In this document: positions 25,391 to 38,845 of the stretch, in pieces
How the letters are laid out: every line of letters begins with the position of its first letter
Numbering within the stretch: position 1 is the first letter of the stretch
Source of the DNA: Eledone cirrhosa
Lineage: Eukaryota
Direction of reading: 5' to 3'
Assembly (NCBI GenBank): GCA_964016885.1
Contig: OZ024741.1
Location: forward strand, 335,358,001 to 335,422,000
DNA length: 64,000 bases
Position numbers and translations under genes: made by a program
Notes under the pieces: model-generated
Told to the model about the DNA's origin: nothing
Database searches by the model: none
Seen by the model: the letters and a program-made list of their open reading frames with translations, nothing else

Positions 25391-26127
25391 CAGTTATGGC
25401 TGTGTGGAGAAGAGCCCACTACAGAACCATGTGGATTCAGGTTCACTCTTCTGTATGGCTCTTTGAACAAATATTTTCTACTAGAGCTTTTGGTTGACCA
25501 ATGTTTGTTAGTCAAATTGTGTTTATGGAAACAACACCTGATATCCCCCCTCCATACTACACCTGATATCACCCTTCCATACACACACACACATGTATAT
25601 CATGATTCATACACTGTTCATTTTCCTGACATTTGTACATTATTCTATGTACTATACATACACCTTTGATGAGTTGTAGTGCACCTGAGCACTGTACACA
25701 ATAATTTCATTATTAGTATTAACAGAAGCCCGTCATTCATATATATACACACACTTTTTACATTGAGTTTCCCATGCATGAATGAGTTGGGCAGAACTTC
25801 TTGAAGGAATATTTTACAGTCATATGCCCTCCATGACAACCACCCTTTTAGTTGCTTCTTACATGCAAGGATAGGGTGTACCTATTCTAAACTGGATACA
25901 CTCAGAGACATACATATACATGTGACCGAATATGTAAATATGTGTGTGTGTGTATGTAAATGTGTGTGTACATGTAAATATGCATGTGTATATGTATATA
26001 TGAGTGTAATGTAAATATGTGTGCATATATGTAAATGTATGTGTATATGTAAATATATGTGTGTATATGTGATGAGTTGTAGTGCACCTGAGCACTGTAC
26101 ACAATAATTTCATTATTATTATATGTA

Positions 26128-26322
26128 TGGGTGGTGGTTTGGCAGTATTGGTAGAACGTCAGACACCATGCTTTGCAGCATAGAGTTATGGCTCTTTACA
26201 TTCTGAGTTCAAATCTGCTGAGGTTAACTTTGCCTTTCATCGTTACGAGGTCGATAAAATAAAGCACCAGTAATGCACTGGGTAATTGTTGGCCTTGTGC
26301 CTAAAGTAGAAACGTTATTATT
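26128..26322 (+). mobile_element. SINE (TTA-tail family)
   Basis: Family consensus with gagttcaaatc B box. Confidence 0.85.
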
Positions 26323-26330
26323 ATATGTAT

Positions 26331-26712
26331 GGAGGCACATGGCTTAGTGGTTAGAGCATTGGACTTGCAACCGAAAGGTTGTGAGTTCAATGACTGGGTG
26401 ATGTGTTGTTTCCTTGAGCAAGACACTTTATTTCACATTGCTCCAGTTTACTCAGGTGTAGAAATGAGATGATAGGGACTGGGGTCCCTATCATTCCACT
26501 GCAAAGTGGTTGTGGAGGTGCCATGTCAAAATATCACCCAGCCTACACTGTAAAGTGGACGTGGAGGTGCCACGGAAAAAAAAGCACCCAGCACTCACTG
26601 TAAACGAAGTTGGTGTTAGGAAGGGCATCCAGCTGTAGAAATCAAGCCAGAATCAGTTCCCGTCCCACCCTTGCAAGCAGGGAAAAGTGGACGTAAAATG
26701 ATGATGATGATG
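26331..26712 (+). mobile_element. Full-length tRNA-head/RTE-tail SINE
   Basis: A/B boxes; 3' end nearly identical to the RTE end at 53237-53300. Confidence 0.9.
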
Positions 26713-27189
26713 TGTATATGTAAATATGTGTGTTTATATGTAATTGATGTGTATATGTAAATGTGAGTATATGTAAATATATGTGAGTATATATCCCTAT
26801 GCCTGTTTGTGTTTGAAAAGCTACCCATAGCTAAAAATGAGCAGTACAAAAACAAATTTAATAAGTGATTCTTTCTGTAAATTCCGTTTTCTTTAAAAAC
26901 TATAATTGATTTTGTATGTACTGAATTCTTTTCATTGTGTAATGTAAATGTGCATATATATAAATAATCATTAGGTACATCAACTCTTTACTATTTTTCC
27001 TATCTATATAAATATTGGTTCCCAACTGTTTCTGGTGGGGCTGATAACATTGTTAGAACTCAATTTGGTATTGAAGAGGTGGTTTCAACAAGATTAGGCA
27101 GTGAGTCTTATATTTTTTGTGGTACGTTCTCACAGCATAAGGTTTCCTTGAAGAAGCTGCCCAAGTTACAGAGGCATTTATATTTATAT

Positions 27190-27476
27190 GTGTGTGTGTA
27201 GAACAAAGAAAACAAGTCAGTGATAAGTTGTTAATTAGTTCATTGTTTTACGATCGTTTCTGAGGGTTCATTGATTATGGAAGATTAATATATTGATTAG
27301 CATGGTAGTGATTACATCATTACCTGTTACTTCAGTCCCTGACATAGCCACTACCAAGCTAGTCGATATATCGATCTTCCACGCTCAATCAAGCCTCTGA
27401 AATGATCGTAAAACGAAGAGCTAATTAACTACCCAGCTCTGACTTTGTTTTCATTGTTCAATACACACACACACAC

Positions 27477-27477
<1 letters not shown>
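27190..27477. repeat. Old imperfect fold-back with truncated HHR 3' half
   Basis: GAAACGATCGTA (palindromic ACGATCGT) on the minus strand of the left arm; no CUGANGA. Confidence 0.6.
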
Positions 27478-27516
<39 letters not shown>

Positions 27517-28171
27517 GAGTATATATACATATATCATCATCATCATCATCATCATCATTTTACGTCCGATTTTCCCTGCTTGTAAGGGTTGGACTATATA
27601 TATATACAAATATAATTCCAGCGAGATTCGTATTTCGGCTATGGTCTAAAACAAAGCGAAACGCAATATCCAAGTTATGCTGGCAAGTGCTCCATGGACC
27701 AAATAGAGTCGAGAGCAATAAACATAGGTTATAAAGGCCAAACAAACTGAGATGGCGGTCAAGAAGCCATCAACCATCTAAGCCAAAAAGACGAGGCAAG
27801 CCAAACAGGTCAAACACAATAAATGAAATATTTACCCGGACCTTGGAAAAGATGGAATAATCCAGTACAGGGTTTGTGCGAAACCTAAATCAATTATACT
27901 GCCTGCTTAAAATAATAAGCTTTTGGTATAATGATCGAACAAGGCTGTCACTTCGTCAACAGGCATTTTGTTCTACGCCAGCGTTCAGAATCGCACAGTG
28001 GTATGTAGTGGTAAAACCACGTGTGTAACTCTTCAAGGGAGAAAACCCCAGATTTTGGCAAATGAATTCAGTAAGTGTAAAATTAATGCAATAATTGCAA
28101 AAGCTGCACAAATCGAATTAAGCTCTCAACCGGGTAGTTTTTTAAATAAACATACATATATATGTATATAT

Positions 28172-28260
<89 letters not shown>

Positions 28261-28352
28261 GTAGGGGGTGAGTTTTATTGTAGCACAATAAAGCAATACA
28301 AGTATCGGATAAGTAGCACTCAACAGTTTATAGGACTGGAGTATAAATAATT

Positions 28353-28787
28353 TCTGGTAATTTCTCTAATCGTAATTGCCCTGTTAGAACTAAATGTCCT
28401 CTTAGTAATCAATGTCTTGATAAAAATTTAGTGTATGAATGTAAGGTTATAACTGGTACTAATTCTTTTACCTATTTTGGTTCCACTTCCACTTCCTTTA
28501 AAGCAAGATTTTATAATCACAATTCTTCTTTTAAAAGAACTAACACGGCACTCTCAGAACTCATATGGTCCTTAAAGGACAAAAATATTAACTACAACAT
28601 TTCTTGGAGGAAGGTTTGCAACGCCTCTCCTTACCTGAATTCTTCCCTATCCAGAACATGTAATCTCTGCCTAGCGGAGAAATTTACCATTATCTCTAAT
28701 TTTAATTCTATAATAAATAGACGTACGGATTTATTTTCGCTCTGCTTGCATAAATCCCATAGAACTTTCCATAAAGTATACAGCTAA
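28353..28787 (+). pseudogene. C-terminal GIY-YIG endonuclease of a Penelope-like element (Naiad-like), 5'-truncated
   Basis: NCPVRTKCPLSNQCLDKNL-VYECKV...TYFGST...FKARFYNH...TALSELIWSLK...CNLCLAEK...SLCLHK. Confidence 0.85.
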
Positions 28788-29742
28788 TATCTTACTACGT
28801 AATTAGTTTAAAATCTTCTTTTCTCAAACGCTTTTATATCTTTTACAAATATACCCATTTTTCTACCTTATTTCAGTATATTATACAATTTACTCATACT
28901 AGCGGTCCCCTATTTTTCTTATTTTTTATCCTTTTTTCTTTTTTAATTTTTAATCTTTAATCTGCAACTTTTACTTCTCAATTACTTCTTAATTCATATA
29001 GCATTTTCCTTATATTCTCGGCCATACAAATTTTTATTTTTAATATATACTAAAATTACCATTAGTAAATTTTGTAAACATATTTTTTTTTACGTTATAT
29101 ATTTTTTCTTCCTTGAATTTTCTTCTTTCTTCTCTCCCTCCGTGCTCGTATTAAACCTATTATTTACTTTTTCCTATTACAATACATAGAAACAAACTTG
29201 GACCCTAACTAATTCCTCTAAGTTCATAATTCATTTAACCTTTTCCTCATTCACCTTATCTCCTTAATATATTTTATTTTAATAATACATTTTAATTAAT
29301 TCCTTTTCGCACATATTATTAAACCCTTCAATATATAAACCTTAAATAAATAGTATTCTTAATTCCTTTTTCTTTAATCATAAGCATCCCATTCATAAAC
29401 CTCATTAACTTTTAATTTCAAAATTTTTTTTAAATTATGTATTATCTTACAACGGTTTTTTAAATTTCTCTCTGTGAGACAGTGTTTCTCAGTATTAAAG
29501 GTTATCTCTCTCTCTCTCTCTCATTTTCTCCTCCTCTCTCATCCCTCCTTCTTATACTCCTCCTCCGTCATCCTTTCCTTATTATTATATTTTTTTTATT
29601 ATTATATTCTTTCTTCCTCTTCCTTCCCCCCCTTCCTTTCCTTTTTTCCCAATCTCATATATCCATCTTATTTTATTTTTCATATGTTGATTTAACACTT
29701 CACTGCTCGCAAGTGTTTTTTAAGCTTTATATCATGTCTCCC

Positions 29743-29813
29743 TATTTTATCTGATGAGAACGCAAATATCATCCCATGATGATATTTGTTTTTGAAATGC
29801 ACATAATAAAATA
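29743..29813 (+). ncRNA. Type I hammerhead of the PLE
   Basis: Stem I UAUUUUAU/AUAAAAUA, CUGAUGA, stem II GCAAAUAUCAUC/GAUGAUAUUUGU, GAAA, AUGCACAU, H=A. Confidence 0.9.
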
Positions 29814-29843
29814 CATGCAACTCTTTTAACCATCTTTTGATTT

Positions 29844-30129
<286 letters not shown>

Positions 30130-30604
30130 TCTACTTCATTAGTTCATTTTGCTCTTTATAGAGAACTGGCTAATTTTTGTCACTTCTTTAGCAAATTTGA
30201 TAAATAGCGGCAAGGCTTTATCCCTCCTCTGTTCTCAAAAGAGGCCAACCTGTCTAGCATTTTGGTTAAAAGGTGTATTCCATGTACTGTCAGATGGGGA
30301 CAGATGAGTCTCAGGCTCAATCCCTTCACTCTATTCTTAAAGGAACTTTAGATAATGCTATGTCCAGTATCGAAATGCTTCTTTAAATTGTTTTCACTCT
30401 ACTTTCAAAAACACCTAGTTTTGAAATGTTTTTTAAAATCATGGATAAAAGTACATACAATATTGAAGAGTTATTTCGATATAAGTATAAACATATATAG
30501 GTGTGTGTGTATATAAATGCGTGTGTGTGTGTGTGTGTGTGGAGACACGTGTGTTTTGAACAATGAAAATAAAACAAAAAGCTAAAATAGGTTCTTAATT
30601 ATTT

Positions 30605-30652
<48 letters not shown>

Positions 30653-30665
30653 ATGTATGTATATA

Positions 30666-30718
<53 letters not shown>

Positions 30719-31094
30719 ACATATATATGTATGTGTATGTGTGTATGGTAAGCAAGAGAGGCATACATATATACTTAAGCCTAAAAGTTTGAATTAGCTG
30801 AGCTGTTTTGAATAGATTCACTATTGTTATATGAAAAATGTAAGAACTGTAAAAATACATGCATTGTAAGAATGGACTATAATTGCTCACCAGCAATACA
30901 CATTTCATATTGAGAGAGACGTTTATAACAATTATTTCCTGTACTTTCATTATAGTTTCAATTAATATGTTTGAAAATATAAAATAATTTACAATCAAAG
31001 GATTGAGATCTTTTGAAAAAATATAGAGCATGTATTATAATGTTTATTGTAGCATATGCTTATATGTACATACACATACAGATACATATATCTG

Positions 31095-31129
<35 letters not shown>

Positions 31130-31250
31130 GTGTATGTATGTATATACACATATATATATATATATATATATGTACATGTATATTCGCATGTGTTTACACA
31201 CAAACACATATGTATATACATACAATTCTACATACATATACACATACACA

Positions 31251-31285
<35 letters not shown>

Positions 31286-31477
31286 GTATGTGTATATGTA
31301 TGTAGAATTGTATGTATATACATATGTGTTTTATATATATTATATGTGTATATATATATATATATATACATATAATATATACATATATATATATACATAT
31401 AATATATACATATAATATATACATATATATATACATATATATATGTATATATATATATATATATATATACATATGTA

Positions 31478-31517
<40 letters not shown>

Positions 31518-31609
31518 ATATATATATATATATATACATATGTATACATATAATATATATATATATATATATGTATGTATATATATATATACATATATAT
31601 ATACATACA

Positions 31610-31885
31610 TGGGATCGTGTAGGTGTCATGGGATCGTGTAGGTGTCACGACAAAAAAACACACAGTCCACGCTATAATGTGGCCGTGTAGGCAACACGGT
31701 AAAAACCTCCCAGACCCACACTGTAAATGTGGTTGGTGTTAGGAAGGGCATCCAACTGTAGAAAACCTGCCAGACTGTCCTATGTGAGCAAGACAATCAC
31801 TCTTGCCTCAAGTGGGAATACCCCCGTCCAAACCCATGCAAGCGTGGAACACGGACGTTAAACGTTGATGATGATGATGATGATA
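31610..31885 (+). mobile_element. RTE 3' UTR/SINE-type fragment
   Basis: Near-identical to the reverse complement of 55097-55350. Confidence 0.85.
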
Positions 31886-31944
31886 TATACATATATATAT
31901 ACATATATATATACATATATATATATACATATATATATATATAG

Positions 31945-32029
<85 letters not shown>

Positions 32030-32031
<2 letters not shown>

Positions 32032-32368
32032 AGGCACATGGCTTAGTGGTTAGAGCATTGGCCTTGCAATCGAAAGGTTGTGAGTTCAATTCTCAGACCA
32101 GGTGATGTGTTGTTTCCTTGAGAAAGACACTTTATTTCACATTGCTCCAGTTCACTCAGCTGTAGAAATGAGATGATAGGGACTGGGGTCCCTATCATTC
32201 CACTGCAAAGTGGCCGTGGAGGTGCCACGGCAAAAAAGCACCCAGCACTCACTGTAAATGAGGTTGGTGTTAAGAAAGGCATCCAGCTGTAGAAATCAAG
32301 CCAGAATCAGTTCCCGTCCCACCCTTGCAAGCAGGGAAAAGCGGACGTAAACTGATGATGATGATGAT
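32030..32368 (+). mobile_element. Full-length tRNA-head/RTE-tail SINE
   Basis: Same family as 12124 and 26331. Confidence 0.9.
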
Positions 32369-32386
32369 ATAGATATATATATATAC

Positions 32387-32447
<61 letters not shown>

Positions 32448-32510
32448 CATATCATCATCATCACCATTTGACGTCCATTTTTCCACGCTATATATGTATT
32501 TATACATGTG

Positions 32511-32544
<34 letters not shown>

Positions 32545-33573
32545 TATATACACAAGTGAAGGCACCTGATTTAGTGGCTAGAGATGTGTTTAAATCTTTA
32601 GGTTGTGAGTTCGCTTCCTTGGTTGGGCGGTATGTTGTGTCATTGAGCAATACATTTTCATCCTTCTGGGTCCAATAAAATAGAGTACCAGTCATTGACT
32701 GGAGTTAACTTAATCAGCTTTGACATTTCCACAAATCAGATTTGCCTAAATTAGAAATCAGTATATATTTGGTATTTTTTTTGCTAAAGTATAAAAATCT
32801 GTTTCAAAACGCCTGATCTTCTATTTTTACTGAAACACTGTAAGCCAGAGGATATGATGTGTGTTTGTAACCTGAAGAGATTATTCAAGTGGTCCTAATT
32901 ATTCTGCTTCCATTTCACCCCGCCTCTGTCTATTATATTATATTTAGACTATCATGTGGCTACATATTCTCTACTTAAAGAAAACATCTTCCCCCCTTCA
33001 TTGATATTAGGATAGTATAGTGTCATTACTGCAGATTAGCTTAAGGTTTATTGTTTTATAGTTAACTCCTTCAGCTTCTAAATTTATTGAGATCGTGAAG
33101 AAGCATTTCCTTTGGTTCTTCTCTATAGCATGATTGGATATACTTAATGTATCTGCTGTTGAATGTATTTTCTATGAGTGCAAACATAATTTTCGAGTGT
33201 ACAATCTTTAGATAGCTTTTTATCTTGATACACTCTCATCATTTAGCTGGCAAAATGTTATGTTTCAGTTTTGGACACTAGCCTTTCATCAGAAGATAGA
33301 ATGAGAAATAAAAGATGAAATAGAAAGATAGAGATGTGTGAGAAGAAGAAGAAACAAGGAAAAAAACATGAGAAAAAGCACCTGTATATTCAGACAGCCA
33401 TTTTGAAGGAAAAATTATATATATATATATATATATATCACAAAAAAAAAAGAATCAGTGTTGCGACGAATGGAATTTATTGGACATATTACAATCGTTT
33501 CTCTGGCGACTAGCTTGAGGCACGATCGATGTGATGATCGAACCTATGGAAAATCTGCTTCGTAGAATGAAGT

Positions 33574-33665
33574 CGTATCTGAGGACCTTGCAATTTTCAG
33601 AGTCAGGTTCGATCATCACATCGATCGTACCTCGAGCTGGTCGCCAGAGAAACGATTGTAATATG
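33574..33665 (+). ncRNA. Type I hammerhead with long, partly decayed stem II, in fold-back 33446-33707
   Basis: Stem I CGUAU/AUAUG, CUGAGGA, 63-nt stem II region, GAAA, ACGAUUGU near-palindrome, GUA. Confidence 0.65.
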
Positions 33666-33807
33666 TCCAATAAATTCCATTTGTCGCGACACTGATTCTC
33701 TTTTTTTCTGTGATATCATACTCTGCTTTATGAGAGCATCGAGTGCTCAAACGGCCTACCACATATGGACACTTTAAGCATCCAACACTAATTATATATA
33801 TATATAT

Positions 33808-33995
33808 AATTGTTTTTACTTTAGGCACAAAGCCAGCAATTATCCAGTGCATTACTGGTACTTTTATTTTATCAACCCGTAAGGATGAAAGGCAAAGTCA
33901 ACCTCGGCGGGATTTGAATTCAGATCGTAAAGGGACGTAACTATGCTGGAAAGCATGGCGTCCGACCCTCTACCGTTACTGCCAATCCACCGCCA
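33808..33995 (-). mobile_element. SINE (TTA-tail family)
   Basis: Family consensus. Confidence 0.85.
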
Positions 33996-35166
33996 TTATC
34001 TATCTATAGAATTAATGGATATAATTATTGTATCCGCTTTTGAATGTATTTTCTATAAGTGCAAATGTTTTGTCTTGATACATTCTTGTTATTTAGCTGG
34101 CAAAATGTTATGTTGTTGATATTGTATTTCAACAGTCCTTTTGTCTTAACCAAAGATGAACAATATACATTACAGAGCTTCCGTTATTGTTTTGGGATTG
34201 GAGGGGGCTTAAGTATACTGTATATGTGTATTATTATTAGTTAACACTTTTTTATTACCAATAAGAGACTGAGAAAGAAATTAAAAACATGATCATTCTA
34301 ACATATTTAGAGTCAATAGAAAATCAGTGTAGTAAAAACCAAGATCATTCAACAAGTTTCCACATTATTGGAGGGACTTAAGCTCTCAAAGCTCCTTAGT
34401 GCGGGAGAGCTTGTATTATTGCTTTTTCTCTTTTCTTCCACAGGGTGGACAGAATGATCTTCCTAATGGTTACAGCCAACCTTTATTATTAGTATCATTA
34501 TTAGTATCATTATTATCATTATTATTATTATTATTATTATTGAAAATCTTATAGTAGCTAGTCAGGAAATAGTGTAGAATGTCTTTAGATCTGCTCAACC
34601 ACCTGGAAATAGAAAAATAGCAAATCCAGAGATAGAGACAAGAGAAAGAGAGAGGGCAAAAAAAAAGAGTGGAAGCAGTGGTAGTGGCAGTGGTGTTGGT
34701 GAATTTCTTAAAAACGTATCCTGTAACAAGTCTTTATAGAAAGGAGATGGCAAGATTGTGCATCAAGAGGAGAGAAAGAGAACTTAAAGAAATTACTTTT
34801 ACAAAAAATTATTCTTTATCCTGAAATTAGAAATGAGTAAAGACACACACATACATATACACTTCATTCCTCTCTTATCTGCAGTACTATCACACGCAAA
34901 CATCGACGCATATACATATACATGTATTTTTTACCCAGTTTCACACATTTTGGTGATCATTATTCATTGACTTTGCCTTTCATCCTTACAAGGTCGATAA
35001 AATAAAGTACCAGTAATGCACTGGGTAATTTCTGGCCTTGTGCCTAAAGTAGAAACAATTATTCATACATTACTTGAGCTTCAGGCAAAAAGAATTATTT
35101 TTTATTAGTATATATGTGTGTGTGTGTCTTAGTTTTTGAGCAGTACACACACACATATATATATAA

Positions 35167-35218
<52 letters not shown>

Positions 35219-35269
35219 AAGAAGTGTAAGTCAACAGGTTAAAATTAACTTCGTTTATTCATATTCATT

Positions 35270-35325
35270 GTAATATATATTTCGGTGATAACAATTATTC
35301 AACAGCTATGACCTCATCAGACAGA
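35270..35325 (-). ncRNA. Hammerhead (inverted twin, weaker stem I)
   Basis: UGU-CUGAUGA-GGUCAUAGC...GUUAUCACC-GAAA-UAUAUA-UU-ACA. Confidence 0.6.
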
Positions 35326-35499
35326 CAGAACTGGAACAGAAAAAACAGAAAAACAAAATGATGGAACTGAGTTTACCTCCATTATTTTTATATGCCCTGC
35401 CTCGAGAGAAAACAACACCATACTCCAGGACAGGGCATATAAAAAACTGAAATAACGGGGATAAACTTTCTTTTTCCTTTTTTTTCTGTTCAAGTTCTA

Positions 35500-35558
35500 G
35501 CTGTCTGATGAGGTCAAGGCTGTTGAATAATGGTTATCACCGAAATATATATAACAGC
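35500..35558 (+). ncRNA. Type I hammerhead, palindromic stem III
   Basis: Stem I GCUGU/ACAGC, CUGAUGA, GGU...ACC, GAAA, AUAUAUAU, H=A; inside fold-back 35213-35612. Confidence 0.85.
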
Positions 35559-35773
35559 AAATATGGATAAACAAAGTTAATTTTAACCTGTTGACTTACA
35601 CTTCTTGTTTTTAAATTACTTTGCAATAAACAGACTCACCTGCAGATTTTGTTGAGTGCTCTACCTTGCATAATGAAGTGTTAGTAATCAACCAGCATAT
35701 ACACAAATTTATAAATATATATATATATATATATATATGTGTGTATGTTAGTTTGTGAGTGGTATATATATTC

Positions 35774-35896
<123 letters not shown>

Positions 35897-35949
35897 TCCA
35901 TATACACACAAATATATGTATACAAATATATATACATGTATATACATAC

Positions 35950-35981
<32 letters not shown>

Positions 35982-36310
35982 GCGTGCTATCTATTATACA
36001 TAATACATACTTGCACACACTACACATTCATATGTACATACATATATACACATATACATATACACACACATATACACACACATACATATGTACACAGACA
36101 TACATACACACAGTGTTGATTGGTGAGATTCTCAAACAAAAGGTCCATTGAATATTCTTAAGTTCTTTCTAAAATTGAACAATTATTTTAACGAAGGAAA
36201 AGGATAAAATGACATATCTAAATTTCTGTGAATTCCTTGGAGTCAAGATTTCAATTCTGGCAGCTTTTAGTGAAAAACAAGGGAGCTAATGGGAAAATTA
36301 GTACTTAGTG

Positions 36311-37082
36311 TAATAATTGTTTCTACTTTTGGCACAAGGTCAGCAATTACCCAGTGCATTACTGGTACTTTATTTTATCGACCCCGTAAGGAAGAAAGGC
36401 AAAGTTAACCTCGGCGGGATTTGAACTCAGAATGGAAAGGGGCGTAACTCTATGCGTCAAAGCATGGTGTCCGACCCTCTACTGATACTGCCAATCCACC
36501 GCCCTTAATAATGGTTTCTTATATAGGCATAAGGCCAACAATTAGGGAGAGGGGAAAGTCAATTAAATCGACCCCAGTGTGTGACTGGTACTTTATTTTA
36601 TCGACCCTGTAAGGATGAAAGGTAAAGTTAACCTCAGTAGGATTTGAACTCAGATCATAAAGGACCACAACTCTATGCTGCAAAGTATGTTGTCCGATGC
36701 CCTACTGATACTGCCAATCCGTTGCCCTTACCTAGTGTAATAATGGTTTCTAATTTTTGGGGGAGGAGAAAGTTGATTAAATCGACCATATTGTGTTACT
36801 GGTACTTTATTTTATTGACCCTGTAGGGATGAAAGGCAAAGTTAACTAATAATAACAATGATAATTGTCTGGACTTTTGGCACAAAGCCAGCAATTTCAA
36901 GGGAAAGGTAAAGTCAATTTAATTGACCCCATTGCATTACTGGTACTCGATTTTATCAACCCCATAATGATGAAAGGCAAAGCTAACCCCAGTGGGATTT
37001 GAACTCAAAATATAAAGGACGCAACTACATACTTCAAAGCAAGGTGTCCAGTGCTCTTCCAATACTGCCAATCCATGACCCC
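36311..37082 (-). mobile_element. Array of ~4 head-to-tail SINEs (TTA-tail family)
   Basis: Family consensus restarts near 36311, 36507, 36740 and 36860. Confidence 0.85.
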
Positions 37083-37102
37083 TAATAATAATAATAATAA
37101 TA

Positions 37103-38380
37103 GAGGCAGATGACATCAAGAACAAAAAAATGAAGGAATTGATAAGATCTGAGTATATAAGGAGAGTAAGGAGCATATTAAAATCACATCTAAATAGTAG
37201 GAATGTCATAAGTGCAGTGGATTCCCGAACTGTGTCTATTATTAGGTACAGTGCGGGAATTCTGAAATTGAATGTTGCTGAACAAAAGGAAATGGATAGG
37301 AAGACTAGGAAGCTATTGACTATCTACAACATGTTCCACAAGAGGAGTGATGTTGATAGACTCTACTTAAAGAGATCTGAAGGTAGAAGAGGTCTTATCA
37401 GCATAGAGGACTGTGTTCAGATGGAGTAAAACAACCTGCACAAATACGTGACTGACAGTAGGGAGCCAATGCTCAAAATTGTACTGAAGGAGAAGACAAT
37501 AGACCAGGGGATGACCAAGGAGGAAATAACAAGAGGAGGAGCAACCTTCATGAAAAATGCCTTCATAGTACCTTCTTTAGGAAAACTGAATTTAGAGATC
37601 CACAGACATTGAACTGGTTAAAAAGAGGAGACCTTAAAAAAGCTACAGAAGGAATGCTAATGGCTGTGCAAGAGCAAGCCCTCAGAATGAAGTGGGTGAA
37701 ACACCATATTTACAAGGAGGCTAGCTCACTGTGTAGGATCTGTGGAGAGAGAGAGGAGACTGTGGCTTACATTGTATCCGAGTGTAAACACCTAGCCCAG
37801 ACTCACTATAAAGACTGGAGACATGATGTAATAGGCAGGGTGATCCACTGGCATCTATGCAAAGTAAACAATTTACCACATTCTGAGAATTGGTATGAGC
37901 ATAAGCCAGAGTCGGTGATAGAAAACAATCAGGTGAAGGTGCTGTGGGATTTTAGGATACAGACGGACAAGAAATTAGAAGACAATAGGCCTGACCTGGT
38001 GGTTTTGGACAAGGAAAAAAGATTGTGCCTGATTGTAGATGTAGCCTGCCCATTTGACACGAGAGTGCAAGAAAAGGAGAGGGAGAAAATTAACCGATAC
38101 CACGACTTAAAGTGGGAGTTAAAAAGCATTTGGAACTGCCATGAAGTCAATGTCGTCCCGATTGTCATAGGCACACTAGGTACTATCTCAAAGAGTTTCC
38201 AAGGATGGTTAAAGAAGATTAGTCCAGCCCGCTTTTTGGAACACTTCATAAGGCATGCTTGCTGGGAACAGCAAGAACCGTCTAATACGTCCTGAATATC
38301 TGAGGCTGCAGGTAGCGGCTTGATATTCATTTCAACAAACTTTCCAGTTAAATAACATCAATGACTGAGACTCAAAGAAC
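37103..38380 (+). mobile_element. R4/Dong-clade LINE 3' fragment (zinc knuckle + restriction-like endonuclease)
   Basis: DRKTRKLL, DVDRLYL, CRICGEREETVAYIVSEC, RHD, LWDFRIQTD, NRPDLV, IVDVACP; (TAA)n on both sides. Confidence 0.9.
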
Positions 38381-38399
38381 AATAATAATAATAATAATA

Positions 38400-38845
38400 A
38401 TGGGGTATGATTTAGGCACAAGGCCAACTATTTTGGCAGAGGGGAAAGTCAATTAAATCGACCCCAGTGCATTTCTGATACTTTATTTTATCGACCCCGT
38501 AAAGATTAAAGCCAAAGGTAAACTTAGCAGGATTTGACCACAGAATGTAAAGGGCCATAGCTCTATGCTTCAAAGCATGTTATTCGGTGCTCTACCGATA
38601 TTGCCAATCCACTGCTAGTAAAATAATAGTTTCTAATTTTTGGCACAAAGCCAGCAATTTGGCGAAGAAAGAGAAAGTAGATTATATCAATCCCAGACAT
38701 TTAATGGTCCTTTATTTCATTGATCCCCCACCCTCCCCATCAGAAGTGTAACAGGCCAAGTGGACCTTAATAGAATTTGAACTCAGAAAGTAAATAGCCA
38801 GAACAGATACTGCTAAGTATTTGTTCAATGCCCTAACGAATCAGC
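38400..38845 (-). mobile_element. Two more SINEs (TTA-tail family)
   Basis: ggcacaaggcca...atcgacccc...ggatttga consensus. Confidence 0.75.

Noticed and set aside
27600-28145. Unique-looking, TA-flanked island searched for an HHR
   Set aside because: Only partial motifs (GAAAUACGAAUC, UUGACGA) that do not assemble into one fold; origin unresolved
28353-29740. Selenoprotein/SECIS feature reported for some Naiad elements
   Set aside because: No in-frame TGA in the retained ORF and no recognisable SECIS by eye
30160-30380. Possible exon or hAT-like peptide (STWNT...MLDRL on the minus strand)
   Set aside because: Needs a frameshift, is short, and has no supporting motifs
34411-34480. Strong pyrimidine tract plus CAG acceptor (a similar one at 44703)
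   Set aside because: Runs into a (TTA)n tail or a transposon-like end with no convincing donor; probably repeat-derived
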